The notes beneath the pieces were generated by a model. The model was not told the DNA's origin and searched no databases. It saw nothing but the letters and a program-made list of their open reading frames with translations. DNA of 31,344 nt from an uncultured Flavobacteriales bacterium. Lineage in GTDB: Bacteria > Bacteroidota > Bacteroidia > Flavobacteriales > JADGDT01. How positions within the stretch are numbered: position 1 is the first letter of the stretch; each line of letters begins with the position of its first letter. Positions 1 through 8,828 of the stretch are shown here, piece by piece. The translations under genes were made by a program, and so were the position numbers. The stretch is taken from assembly GCA_964543445.1 (NCBI GenBank), contig CAZIYK010000001.1:1-31344 (forward strand), written 5' to 3'.

Positions 1-1
1 A

Positions 2-1012
2 GGTTTGTCCATCGCTCCTGAAGATTTTCCGTTGTTGCGTCAGGAGTTTAAGATACTTCTTCGAACTAAAAAGATAGATGAAGCTTTTGAAATTTTGGAT
101 AAAACCTTAGATAATCCAAATCTAGATTTCAACAAAAAGATGGGATTTGTTATCACATTTGTATCTGTAGATGTTGATAATAAAGAAACACCAAGGTTGA
201 TTAAATCTTTGGAATCATGGGTAGAGAAATCAAATGAAGCTAGAATATATCCGGTAATAGGAAATTTATATAAAGCAGAAGGAGAGAAAGAAAATGCATT
301 AAAAACTTTCAGAAAAGGATTTAATGCAGGATATACTGATTTCTCAGGTTTGATAGATATGCTAATATTAGAGCAAGAATTATCAGAATATAAGTTATTG
401 GTAGAAGATACCGGTAAGATGTTGGAGATATATCCTAATCAACCAATATTGCTTTTGTTTAAAGGATTAGGTTTGAGTCAGCTTGGAGAATATGACGAAT
501 CAATTGCTGTTTTACAGGAAGGTGTTAAATATGTAGTTAGCGATGATAAACTAAAAGCAGAATTTCACAGCTTAATAGCTAGTTCTTATTACAGTAAGAA
601 AGAATTAGATAAATGTTTTGCAGAATATGATAAGGCTATTAGTTATGATGCTGAGAATATAATGGCTCTTAATAATTATAGTTATTATCTATCAGAGAGC
701 GATATGCATCTAGAAAAAGCTTTAGAAATGATAAAGCAAGTAATAGAAGCAGAACCAAATAATCCTACATATTTAGATACTATGGGGTGGGTTTACTATA
801 AGTTAGGTGATTACAAGAAAGCAGAATCGGTTTTGAAACTTGCATTAAAAAATGGTGGAGATTCTAGTTCTGGTGTAATAGAGCATTATGGCGATGCATT
901 GTATAGGTTAGGGAAAGAACGAAAAGCTGTAAAACAATGGAAGAAAGCTTATAAGCTCAATAAGAGTTCGATAATTTTAAAAGAAAAGATTAGCAAAAGA
1001 GCTATTCAATAA
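2..1012 (+). CDS. Tetratricopeptide-repeat (TPR) protein, 5'-truncated by the window edge
   Basis: The frame is open from base 2, so the TTG at 5 is not a credible start. Repeated TPR-like helices and the C-terminal pattern ALNNYSYYL...ALEM...EPNNPTYLDTMGWVYYKLG...A...EHYGDALY match the Bacteroidota TPR gene that precedes DUF4292-envC. Confidence 0.85.
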   Translation, partial: GLSIAPEDFPLLRQEFKILLRTKKIDEAFEILDKTLDNPNLDFNKKMGFVITFVSVDVDNKETPRLIKSLESWVEKSNEARIYPVIGNLYKAEGEKENALKTFRKGFNAGYTDFSGLIDMLILEQELSEYKLLVEDTGKMLEIYPNQPILLLFKGLGLSQLGEYDESIAVLQEGVKYVVSDDKLKAEFHSLIASSYYSKKELDKCFAEYDKAISYDAENIMALNNYSYYLSESDMHLEKALEMIKQVIEAEPNNPTYLDTMGWVYYKLGDYKKAESVLKLALKNGGDSSSGVIEHYGDALYRLGKERKAVKQWKKAYKLNKSSIILKEKISKRAIQ

Positions 1013-1036
1013 TAAGAGATTTTATACATATAAAAT

Positions 1037-1852
1037 ATGCAAGTCAAGAAAATAATAATTGCATTTTCTATAATACTATCTGTATTCGCATTAAACTCGT
1101 GTGGTACAAAAACCGTAGTTACAGATTATGGAAAAATAGCAGTATTGCCACCATCTAAGATTGTTTCTAAATCGGACTCTATATATGTTTTGCCTCAGTA
1201 TATGTCAGCGACACTGAAGGTTAAATATCAGTCAAAAGAAAAGAAGATGAGTTTCAATGTAAATCTTCGATTAGAAAAAGATAAGAAGATATGGTTGAAT
1301 GTTAGTTTTTTAGGTATATCATTTGCTAGAGGTATAATTACACCAGAAGGAGTGAGTATGTACGAGAGACAGAATCACACTACGTTTAGTGGCGATTTTA
1401 AATATTTATCTAGTTTGTTAGGCATGGAACTTGATTTTTACCAACTCCAATCTCTTCTTTTAGGTAAGCCGATTATGAATATCGAACCCAAAAAGTATAG
1501 ATCATCTATTGTTAAGGATTTATTCCTTTTAGAATACGAGAATAATAGAAGGTTAGTAAGGAAAAGAAAAAACAATGGTGATTTCATAAAGAGGTATTGG
1601 TACAATCCTGTTAATTATCAACTAGAGCGCCAATTGATATCTCAACCTGATAGGAAAATCACGCTGATGGTTGATAATAAAGATTATGAATTGGTGGGAG
1701 ATAAGTATTTAATTCCTGAAAATATAAGTTTGCAAATAATGGATGATTCTGTTACTTTGGTAGAAATTGAATATAAAGGAATCAAAGTAGATAAAAAACT
1801 ATCTTTCCCTTTTAGAATTCCGGCAGGTTACAAAGAATTAAAATTGAAATAA
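1037..1852 (+). CDS. DUF4292-family lipoprotein
   Basis: Basic N-terminus, hydrophobic stretch and lipobox-like FALNS-C. Motifs LRLEKDKKIWLNVSFLGISFARGIITP and LDFYQLQSLLLG. Located between the TPR gene and envC, as is usual in this phylum. Confidence 0.8.
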   Translation: MQVKKIIIAFSIILSVFALNSCGTKTVVTDYGKIAVLPPSKIVSKSDSIYVLPQYMSATLKVKYQSKEKKMSFNVNLRLEKDKKIWLNVSFLGISFARGIITPEGVSMYERQNHTTFSGDFKYLSSLLGMELDFYQLQSLLLGKPIMNIEPKKYRSSIVKDLFLLEYENNRRLVRKRKNNGDFIKRYWYNPVNYQLERQLISQPDRKITLMVDNKDYELVGDKYLIPENISLQIMDDSVTLVEIEYKGIKVDKKLSFPFRIPAGYKELKLK

Positions 1853-1863
1853 AATATATCTAA

Positions 1864-3108
1864 GTGCGATTTTTTAAAATTACCTTATTAATAGTAAGTA
1901 TTCTTGTAAGCTTACCTTCTGTTGCACAAAGCGATAGGAAAGCAGAATTGAAACGTCAGAGGGAGAGCCTTCAGAAAGATATTGAATATGTTAATTCTCT
2001 TCTGAAAGAAAACAAAAAAGCATCTCAATATTCTGTTGCTCAGGTGAGAAACCTTGATAAAAAGATAAGTATAAGACAGCAGTTGATTAATAATATCAAT
2101 AATGAAATTTCTTTTATTGACAGTAGTATAAAAAAGAAAAATGCTCAGATTAAAGAATCAGAGGCGGAGCTTAAATTATTGAAAGAGGATTATGCTAGAA
2201 TTGTACAACAAACTTATAAATCAAAATCAGGGTATAGCAGGTTAATGTTTTTACTCTCTTCTGATAATTTCAATCAGGCTATGAAAAGGTTGAAATATAT
2301 TAATCAATATTCAAGTTATAGAAAGGCACAAGGAGAAAAAATCGAGGCACAAAGTGCTGCTTTAGAAGAGTCAATAGTTAAGTTAAAGAAAGAAAAAGAA
2401 TCTAAAATTGCCTTGCTATCGTCAAAAGAGAAGGAAAAAAACAAGTTACAGGCAGAAAAAGGGGAAAAAGAGGCAGTTTTAACCGACTTACAGAAAAAGA
2501 ACAAAAAGTTAGTTAGCGAAATAAGATTAAAACAAAAGAAGGCTAATAAGCTTCAGTCTGAGATTCAGAAAATAATATCTGAAGAAATTAGAATTGCACG
2601 TGCAAAAGCAAAAGCAGAAAGAAAAGCTAAAGGCACAACCACATCTAAACATACTTCTAATTATGCTCTTACAGCAGAAGCAACAGCTTTATCAAAGAGT
2701 TTTAAAGAGAATAAGAATAAGTTGCCATGGCCAGTAGAAAGAGGCGTAGTTGTTAGTAAATACGGTAAGCATCCTCATCCTACAATGAAAAACATAACTA
2801 TTGTTAATCATGGTGTGGATATTGCAACAGAAAAAGGAGCAGAAGCTAGAGCTGTTTTTGGCGGAGTTGTATCTTCAATAATTTTATCTAAAGGTGGAGC
2901 CAAAACAGTATTGGTTCAGCATGGAAACTATTACACTGTTTACTCTAATCTAAGTAAGATTTATGTGAAAAAAGGAGATAAAGTTAAGATCAAACAAAAA
3001 TTAGGTACTATTTACACCAACGCAAGAACTGGTGCCACAGTGTTGAAATTTCAGTTGTGGTTAGATACAAAAGATCAGAATCCTGCCTATTGGATTTATA
3101 AAATGTAG
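1864..3108 (+). CDS. envC: Murein hydrolase activator EnvC family (coiled coil plus degenerate M23/LytM domain)
   Basis: GTG start, signal peptide, long coiled coil, then LPWPV and an M23 fold. The Zn ligands are lost: HxxxD reads NHGVD and HxH reads VLKFQ, which fits a non-catalytic activator. Confidence 0.88.
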   Translation: MRFFKITLLIVSILVSLPSVAQSDRKAELKRQRESLQKDIEYVNSLLKENKKASQYSVAQVRNLDKKISIRQQLINNINNEISFIDSSIKKKNAQIKESEAELKLLKEDYARIVQQTYKSKSGYSRLMFLLSSDNFNQAMKRLKYINQYSSYRKAQGEKIEAQSAALEESIVKLKKEKESKIALLSSKEKEKNKLQAEKGEKEAVLTDLQKKNKKLVSEIRLKQKKANKLQSEIQKIISEEIRIARAKAKAERKAKGTTTSKHTSNYALTAEATALSKSFKENKNKLPWPVERGVVVSKYGKHPHPTMKNITIVNHGVDIATEKGAEARAVFGGVVSSIILSKGGAKTVLVQHGNYYTVYSNLSKIYVKKGDKVKIKQKLGTIYTNARTGATVLKFQLWLDTKDQNPAYWIYKM

Positions 3109-3114
3109 TGTAGA

Positions 3115-3146
3115 TTCTACTACTCGCCTTTGGGCGAGTAGTAGAA
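3115..3146. terminator. Perfect 14-bp hairpin between convergent envC and the AsmA-family gene (probable bidirectional 3'-end element)
   Basis: TTCTACTACTCGCC-TTTG-GGCGAGTAGTAGAA. There is no good U-tract on either strand. Confidence 0.65.
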
Positions 3147-3154
3147 AATTTCTG

Positions 3155-5776
3155 CTATTTGAATAAGCTTTTCAATAGATCATTAGCCTTTTTTTCTAGG
3201 CCTTTGCCATATTCTTTTTTAGCATCCTCAATTATTTTATCTGCTTGTTGTTTCAGATATTGTTCTGGAGTTTTTGCTTTGCCAGGACCATAAGTAAGAG
3301 AGTATTTTGGTTTTGCGATGTCTCCATATATTTTGGCATCAACATCAATGGTATTCCCCACTTTTACATTTGCACCAAAATTATTAGCTAGGTTAACAGC
3401 GTTGTCAATAATGTTGTTGGTTTCTTTTCCTAAATATTTTCGAGGGAAAATTATAGAAACATCCATGTCGATAGTTTTCTTACCGATATTTGTACTTCCT
3501 TTAAATTCAGACTTGATATCAGCAATGTTTAGATTAAAAGGAGCCATAGTTAGTATTCCCTTTTTTATAGAATAGCTCAAATTTATGTCTTCAATCTTAG
3601 GATTACTTTTAAGCTCATCAATGTTTAAAATACTACCAAATTGCTTAATGAAATTCGTGTTTTTTAGACTTACATTATGAGTCTTAATCTCACCATCACT
3701 AAACATTGTTTCATATACAGGATTCATTGTGTTGTCTAATGTTGTTTTAAAATCCATATTAGCACTGATTTTTCCTGTTGTGTTTTTTATTATAGGAGCA
3801 ATTTGTTTTACAAAAACAAAAGATCTACTGAGCTGTTGTATATCTATGTTTTTAAGTCTTAGATCAAAATCTGTTTTTGGCGATGTTTTTATTTTAGATG
3901 AATAATTTCCATCAATATAAATAGTACCATCAAGGGTGTTCATGCTTATTTTTTTCAAGTAAGCATTTTCGTTTTCTATGCCTAATTTCCCTTTTACATT
4001 ATCTGCTTTTATACTTCCGTATATAAAATGCTTTATGTTGATATTGTTCTCGAAACTTATGTTAGCAGGGATTTCTATTACATCCATAGCAAAAGCATCA
4101 TCTTTAGTAGTGTTTTTTGTTTTAGGAGTTTCTGATGCTATGTTGTCTTTAGAATTTTGTTCTACGTCATTATTTTCTACCATCATAAAGTCTGATGCGT
4201 AGAGGTAGTTAGATTTTATGTCAAGGTTTCCAGAAAGTTGTTTGTTTTCAAATATGTATTCTAGGTACTTTGTAACTGTACCTTTTGCTTTAATGTCGCT
4301 ATTCCCGATTTTAAAATTAAAAGTTTCTAACTGAAGACTTTTAGGACTTACAACAATGCTCGCATTATTAATCAAAACTTTGTTTCTTAGAGATTTTGTT
4401 GAAAAGCTGAAGTCGGTAAGTTTAATATCTCCTTTAGCATCAAGTTCGTTGTATCTCTCGTGTTCTAAATCCGACATTTTTACTTTCATAAAAATATCAG
4501 CAAATATTTTACCATTTATATCATCTCCTTTTTCTAGAGGTATTGCATTTCGGAGTTTAGACAAATCGAAGTTTGCTAAAATCTTAGCTGTAATGTGTGG
4601 ATCTGAAATTAAATTAGATGCCGACATGCTAGCATTAACAGTGTTGTCGGAAATTTTTAATGTCGCCTGAGGTATGTTTATTGCTATTTCGTCTAGATTA
4701 TTACCTTGAGGCTTAGTTATGTTTAATTCTAGGTTTATGTTATCAATACTTTCAGGTAAGTCAGGATATTTGATAGATGCATCCTTTATGTATGATTTCA
4801 TGCTGAATTCAGGAAGAGTTTCGTCGTTGTAAATACCTTTAATACTTCCTTCTATATTGAATTCTCCTTTTGTTTTAATTTTTTCAAAATCTTTTTTGTA
4901 ATCCTCTGGTATCATTGCCAAAAGATCTTTGAAATCGGTATTTGGAGTGTTGAATTTTAAGTCGATATCTAAGTTGTTTTCTATTTCCTTAATTACTCCA
5001 ACCCAATTCAATTCTATTTTATTGATGTATAAACTGTTTTCTTTCAAAGAATAAATCTTGTTTTTCAAATCTAAATCAAGAGTTACATCTCCAAAGATTT
5101 TAGCATTCTTAACTAATGATTTCTTGTCCTGATTAATACTAAAATTATCTATAGAAGTATGAGTGTTTAGTGTAAGTGTCTCGTTTTGAAATAAACCAAA
5201 CCCATTGTGATTAAGGTTGTTTATTACGATGAAATCATTATTGTTCTCATCTTTAATGGTAATGTTTGCATCTACAATTTGATAGCTAGAAATATTTAGC
5301 GACAAGGATTTTGTATTACCATTAGGCTGTTCTTCCGTTAATGGTTCGCTTTCTGTTAAAGTGTTTTCAAGTTCTTCAGAAGAAATATTTTCTGTTGTTT
5401 TTTGTGCAGTTGCTAAGCTATCGTTAGTAAGTGTGTAATTTATGGTAGGTTTAATTACAGAAATACTGTTTATAGAAATGCTTTTGTCAACTATAAGGTC
5501 TTTGGAATCTATCTCTGCAGATATTTCCTCAATATTAACTATCTCATTTTTATTTGAGTCAACAACCTTTACATCTTCAAAACTGAAAGTGAATTTAGGG
5601 AAATTAGATATTAACGATAAATCATAATCTTTAATAGAAATTTCTAAATCGGTATTTCTATTTATATCGCGTAATATTTCATCTTTTATTTCGTCCTTGA
5701 AAATATATGGTATAGCTATAAGTGCGATTATAAAAACCGAAATAATAGATAGAATTATGATTATCGTCTTCTTCAT
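3155..5776 (-). CDS. AsmA-family (bridge-like, repeating beta-groove) envelope protein
   Basis: N-terminal membrane anchor (IIIILSIISVFIIALIAIPYIFKD), long beta-rich body, and an AsmA-like C-terminal region (LKKISMNTLDGTIYIDGNYS; YSIKKGILTMAPF; IYGDIAKPK). Confidence 0.82.
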   Translation of the reverse strand: MKKTIIIILSIISVFIIALIAIPYIFKDEIKDEILRDINRNTDLEISIKDYDLSLISNFPKFTFSFEDVKVVDSNKNEIVNIEEISAEIDSKDLIVDKSISINSISVIKPTINYTLTNDSLATAQKTTENISSEELENTLTESEPLTEEQPNGNTKSLSLNISSYQIVDANITIKDENNNDFIVINNLNHNGFGLFQNETLTLNTHTSIDNFSINQDKKSLVKNAKIFGDVTLDLDLKNKIYSLKENSLYINKIELNWVGVIKEIENNLDIDLKFNTPNTDFKDLLAMIPEDYKKDFEKIKTKGEFNIEGSIKGIYNDETLPEFSMKSYIKDASIKYPDLPESIDNINLELNITKPQGNNLDEIAINIPQATLKISDNTVNASMSASNLISDPHITAKILANFDLSKLRNAIPLEKGDDINGKIFADIFMKVKMSDLEHERYNELDAKGDIKLTDFSFSTKSLRNKVLINNASIVVSPKSLQLETFNFKIGNSDIKAKGTVTKYLEYIFENKQLSGNLDIKSNYLYASDFMMVENNDVEQNSKDNIASETPKTKNTTKDDAFAMDVIEIPANISFENNINIKHFIYGSIKADNVKGKLGIENENAYLKKISMNTLDGTIYIDGNYSSKIKTSPKTDFDLRLKNIDIQQLSRSFVFVKQIAPIIKNTTGKISANMDFKTTLDNTMNPVYETMFSDGEIKTHNVSLKNTNFIKQFGSILNIDELKSNPKIEDINLSYSIKKGILTMAPFNLNIADIKSEFKGSTNIGKKTIDMDVSIIFPRKYLGKETNNIIDNAVNLANNFGANVKVGNTIDVDAKIYGDIAKPKYSLTYGPGKAKTPEQYLKQQADKIIEDAKKEYGKGLEKKANDLLKSLFK

Positions 5777-5904
5777 CTTTATGTTTTATTTTATTTAATG
5801 ACGTGCAATTTATGTAATTATTTATTTAAAATTATTGTAACGCTAATTTCTGATTGTTTTTTATAAATTAGCGCAGATTAATTGAATTAGGTTAGTATAG
5901 TTAA

Positions 5905-6771
5905 ATGGAACAAGTAAATAGTGGACGTATACGTAATTCGTATGTATCAGTGATAGTTAGTATGTCGCTGGTATTGTTTTTGTTAGGTTTGATAGGAGTA
6001 TTGTTTTTAAACGCTAAGAAGGTTACGGATCACGTTAGAGAAAACTTTGTTTTTACCATTTTTTTGAAGGATACAGCAAAAAAAGTTGAGGTTAGAAAGT
6101 TGCAAAAAACACTTGAGTTGACAGATTATGTAAAATCAACCGAATTTATCTCAAAGGAAGAAGCAGCAGAAACGGTAAAAGATGAGTTAGGAAAAGATTT
6201 CGTTAATTTTATCGGGTACAATCCTTTACAAAATTCTATAGATATACATCTTAAGGCTGAATATGTTAAGCCTGAACACATGGCGATGATTGAAAAAAAT
6301 CTCGCTAGTAAAAAATTCGTAACGGAAGTTAGTTATGATAAAATGCTGATAGAGCAGATGTCTAAAAATATTGAAGAAATAACAATGTGGTTGCTAGGTT
6401 TTGCGGCTTTATTTATGTTTGTTTCTATCGCTCTTATCAACAGTTCAATTAGACTTTCTATACATTCTAAGCGATTCACTATAAAAACTATGCAACTTGT
6501 AGGTGCAACAAAGGGCTTTATCAGGAAACCTTTTATGTGGCAAAATATCAAATTAGGTATGGTTGGTGCATTCGTTGCGTTATTGATGCTGAGTGGAATG
6601 TTGTATTATCTGCAGATGAATTTTCCTATTATTACTGATATGCAAGATATTAAGTATTATGCAATACTTTATTTAAGTGTAACTCTTGTTGGAATATTAA
6701 TATCGTGGGTGAGTACATATTTTGCAATAAATAAGTACTTAGGATTAAGAACAGAAGAACTTTATTACTAG
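5905..6771 (+). CDS. ftsX: Cell division permease-like protein FtsX
   Basis: SVIVSMSLVLFLLG TM1, periplasmic domain with FISKEEA and GYNPL, then INSSIRLSIHSKRFTIKTMQLVGATKGFIRKPF and three more TMs. Confidence 0.93.
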   Translation: MEQVNSGRIRNSYVSVIVSMSLVLFLLGLIGVLFLNAKKVTDHVRENFVFTIFLKDTAKKVEVRKLQKTLELTDYVKSTEFISKEEAAETVKDELGKDFVNFIGYNPLQNSIDIHLKAEYVKPEHMAMIEKNLASKKFVTEVSYDKMLIEQMSKNIEEITMWLLGFAALFMFVSIALINSSIRLSIHSKRFTIKTMQLVGATKGFIRKPFMWQNIKLGMVGAFVALLMLSGMLYYLQMNFPIITDMQDIKYYAILYLSVTLVGILISWVSTYFAINKYLGLRTEELYY

Positions 6772-6776
6772 TTTTG
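6769..6776 (+). promoter_or_regulatory. Bacteroidota -7 promoter element overlapping the ftsX stop codon (internal promoter for DUF3098-uppP-truB)
   Basis: TAGTTTTG matches TAnnTTTG and is followed by C. No clear -33 TTTG. Confidence 0.5.
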
Positions 6777-6792
6777 CGCTTCTGTAAAAAAA

Positions 6793-7032
6793 ATGAAAAT
6801 AATCATGGCTGAAAAACAGTTTTTGTTCGGTAAGAAGAACTATAGATTAATGGCAATAGGAATAGGTCTTATTGTTTTAGGATATTTATTAATGTCTGGT
6901 GGGGCATCTGAGGATGTCAACACATTTAACTACGAAATGTTTTCTTTTGTAAAGATTAGACTTGCACCTATGATAGTGCTTGTAGGTTTCGGAGTGGAGG
7001 TTTGGGCTATATTGGCTAATCCGAATAAATAA
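6793..7032 (+). CDS. DUF3098-family small membrane protein (start at 6793 or 6805)
   Basis: FLFGKKNYRLMAIGIGLIVLGYLLMSGG...F...IRLAPMIVLVGF. Conserved position between ftsX and uppP. Confidence 0.88.
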   Translation: MKIIMAEKQFLFGKKNYRLMAIGIGLIVLGYLLMSGGASEDVNTFNYEMFSFVKIRLAPMIVLVGFGVEVWAILANPNK

Positions 7033-7060
7033 AAATATTATTACATAAATATAATTTACA

Positions 7061-7852
7061 ATGGGAATTTTCGAAGCAATTATATTGGGGTTAATTCAGG
7101 GACTTACTGAGTTTTTACCTGTTTCGTCTAGTGGACATCTAGAAATAGCAAAAGCATTATTTGGCGATAATTCAATGCCACAAGAGAGTATGTTGATGAC
7201 AGTTGTTTTGCATGGAGCAACTGCGTTGAGTACGATAGTAATTTTTAGAAAAGAAATTTTAGAAATAATAAATGGGTTATTTCAATTTAAATGGAACGAA
7301 GAATCAAAGTTTTCAGTTAAGATTATCATTTCTATGATTCCAGCTGCTATAATTGGAGTTATGTTCGATAAAGAAATTGAATCACTTTTTGGAGGAGCTT
7401 TAACTCTTGTAGGAGGTATGCTTTTGATTACAGCTTTATTACTGTTACTTGCTGATAAAGCAAAAACTACAGATAAAGAGGTTACATTTACATCAGCTTT
7501 GATAATTGGTATTTCTCAGGCTATTGCTATTATGCCAGGTATTTCTCGTTCGGGAGCTACAATTTCTACTTCTGTATTATTAGGAATTGATAGAGAGAAA
7601 TCAGCAAGATTTTCTTTCTTAATGGTTGTTCCTTTGATTTTGGGTAAGATGGCAAAAGACATTCTAAGTGGCGAAATCAATTTCTCGGGAGGAGATATTT
7701 TACCTATGGGGATAGGTTTTGTAGTTGCATTTATTACAGGATTATTTGCTTGTACTTGGATGATATCATTAGTTAAGAAAAGTAAGCTTACTTGGTTTGC
7801 AATATACTGTTTCATTGTAGGATCAATAGCTTTAGGCTATTCTTTGATGTAA
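7061..7852 (+). CDS. uppP: Undecaprenyl-diphosphate phosphatase
   Basis: BacA motifs GLIQGLTEFLPVSSSGH and PGISRSGAT; polytopic membrane protein. Confidence 0.96.
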   Translation: MGIFEAIILGLIQGLTEFLPVSSSGHLEIAKALFGDNSMPQESMLMTVVLHGATALSTIVIFRKEILEIINGLFQFKWNEESKFSVKIIISMIPAAIIGVMFDKEIESLFGGALTLVGGMLLITALLLLLADKAKTTDKEVTFTSALIIGISQAIAIMPGISRSGATISTSVLLGIDREKSARFSFLMVVPLILGKMAKDILSGEINFSGGDILPMGIGFVVAFITGLFACTWMISLVKKSKLTWFAIYCFIVGSIALGYSLM

Positions 7853-7867
7853 TATTAATCTAGGCTA

Positions 7868-8566
7868 ATGGAGTTAGAAGATTTTAAAGAAGGACGAGTT
7901 TTTTTGATAGATAAACCATTAACTTGGACTTCTTTTAATGCTGTAAGCAAGATAAAATGGCTGATTAAAAAACGCTTTAAGGTAAAAAAGATTAAAGTTG
8001 GCCATGCAGGTACACTAGATCCTTTAGCTACAGGTTTGTTGATAATTTGCACAGGTAAATTCACAAAAAGAATAGATGAGTTTCAGGCTCAGAAGAAGGA
8101 ATATACAGGGACAATTACTGTAGGGGCAACAACTCCTTCGTATGACTTAGAAACTGAGGTGAACGAAAGGTTTGCAACAGATCATATAACAGAGGAACTT
8201 ATTTTAGATACTGCAAAATCATTTTTAGGAGAGCAAGATCAATTTCCTCCGATATTTTCAGCTTTAAGAAAAGGAGGTAAGAGGCTTTACGATATGGCTC
8301 GTGCGGGTGAAAAGGTTGAAGTTGAAGCTAGAAGAATAAATATAGAGGAATTAGAAATAACAAGAATAGAACTTCCAGAAATTGATTTTAGGGCAGTTGT
8401 TTCAAAAGGAACTTATATTAGATCTTTAGCTTACGATTTTGGAAAAAAGATGAATAGTGGAGCTTATCTAAGTAAACTCAGGCGAACTAAAATTGGTGAT
8501 TTTGATGTGAAAAATGCAATATCGCCCGATGAATTTGAAAAACGATTTAATGAAGAAACACTCTAA
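7868..8566 (+). CDS. truB: tRNA pseudouridine(55) synthase (short form)
   Basis: KVGHAGTLDPLATG with the catalytic Asp, TTPSYDLE, SKGTYIRSLA and LRRTKIG. Confidence 0.97.
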   Translation: MELEDFKEGRVFLIDKPLTWTSFNAVSKIKWLIKKRFKVKKIKVGHAGTLDPLATGLLIICTGKFTKRIDEFQAQKKEYTGTITVGATTPSYDLETEVNERFATDHITEELILDTAKSFLGEQDQFPPIFSALRKGGKRLYDMARAGEKVEVEARRINIEELEITRIELPEIDFRAVVSKGTYIRSLAYDFGKKMNSGAYLSKLRRTKIGDFDVKNAISPDEFEKRFNEETL

Positions 8567-8582
8567 TATAGGGTGTTTTTTT
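8556..8582 (+). terminator. Intrinsic terminator of the ftsX-truB unit
   Basis: AAACACTCTA-ATA-TAGGGTGTTT (one G.U pair) running into a T-tract. It overlaps the truB stop codon. Confidence 0.7.
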
Positions 8583-8828
8583 ATGATTTGATTTTTTTAC
8601 TGAAATGAGCAAAATCCTAGTGGATTTGTCATTTAGTTGAAGATAAGAAAGCGATAACTATTAGTGCACTTGTGAAGTTTTAGCAGTGTTTCTAAATTAA
8701 ATAAAAGGTTGTGATTGAATTATAGAGAGTTATGCTGTAAAAGAGTGAATCCCTATATGAATATGGTAATAATGTGCATTGAAATTATTTTTTCGTACTT
8801 TTCATTTTGTTACAGTTAAATATAATAC

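Noticed and set aside
1864-3108. EnvC as a damaged peptidase or pseudogene
   Set aside because: Loss of Zn ligands is the defining feature of EnvC-type activators, and the ORF is intact.
4080-5430. Two acidic/polar low-complexity inserts in the AsmA protein
   Set aside because: They look like ordinary disordered linkers, with no DNA-level repeat or insertion signature.
8757-8819. 20-codon hydrophobic sORF MNMVIMCIEIIFSYFSFCYS upstream of DUF5686
   Set aside because: It overlaps the likely promoter region (TACTTTTC at 8796), has no promoter of its own, and its composition fits random AT-rich DNA.
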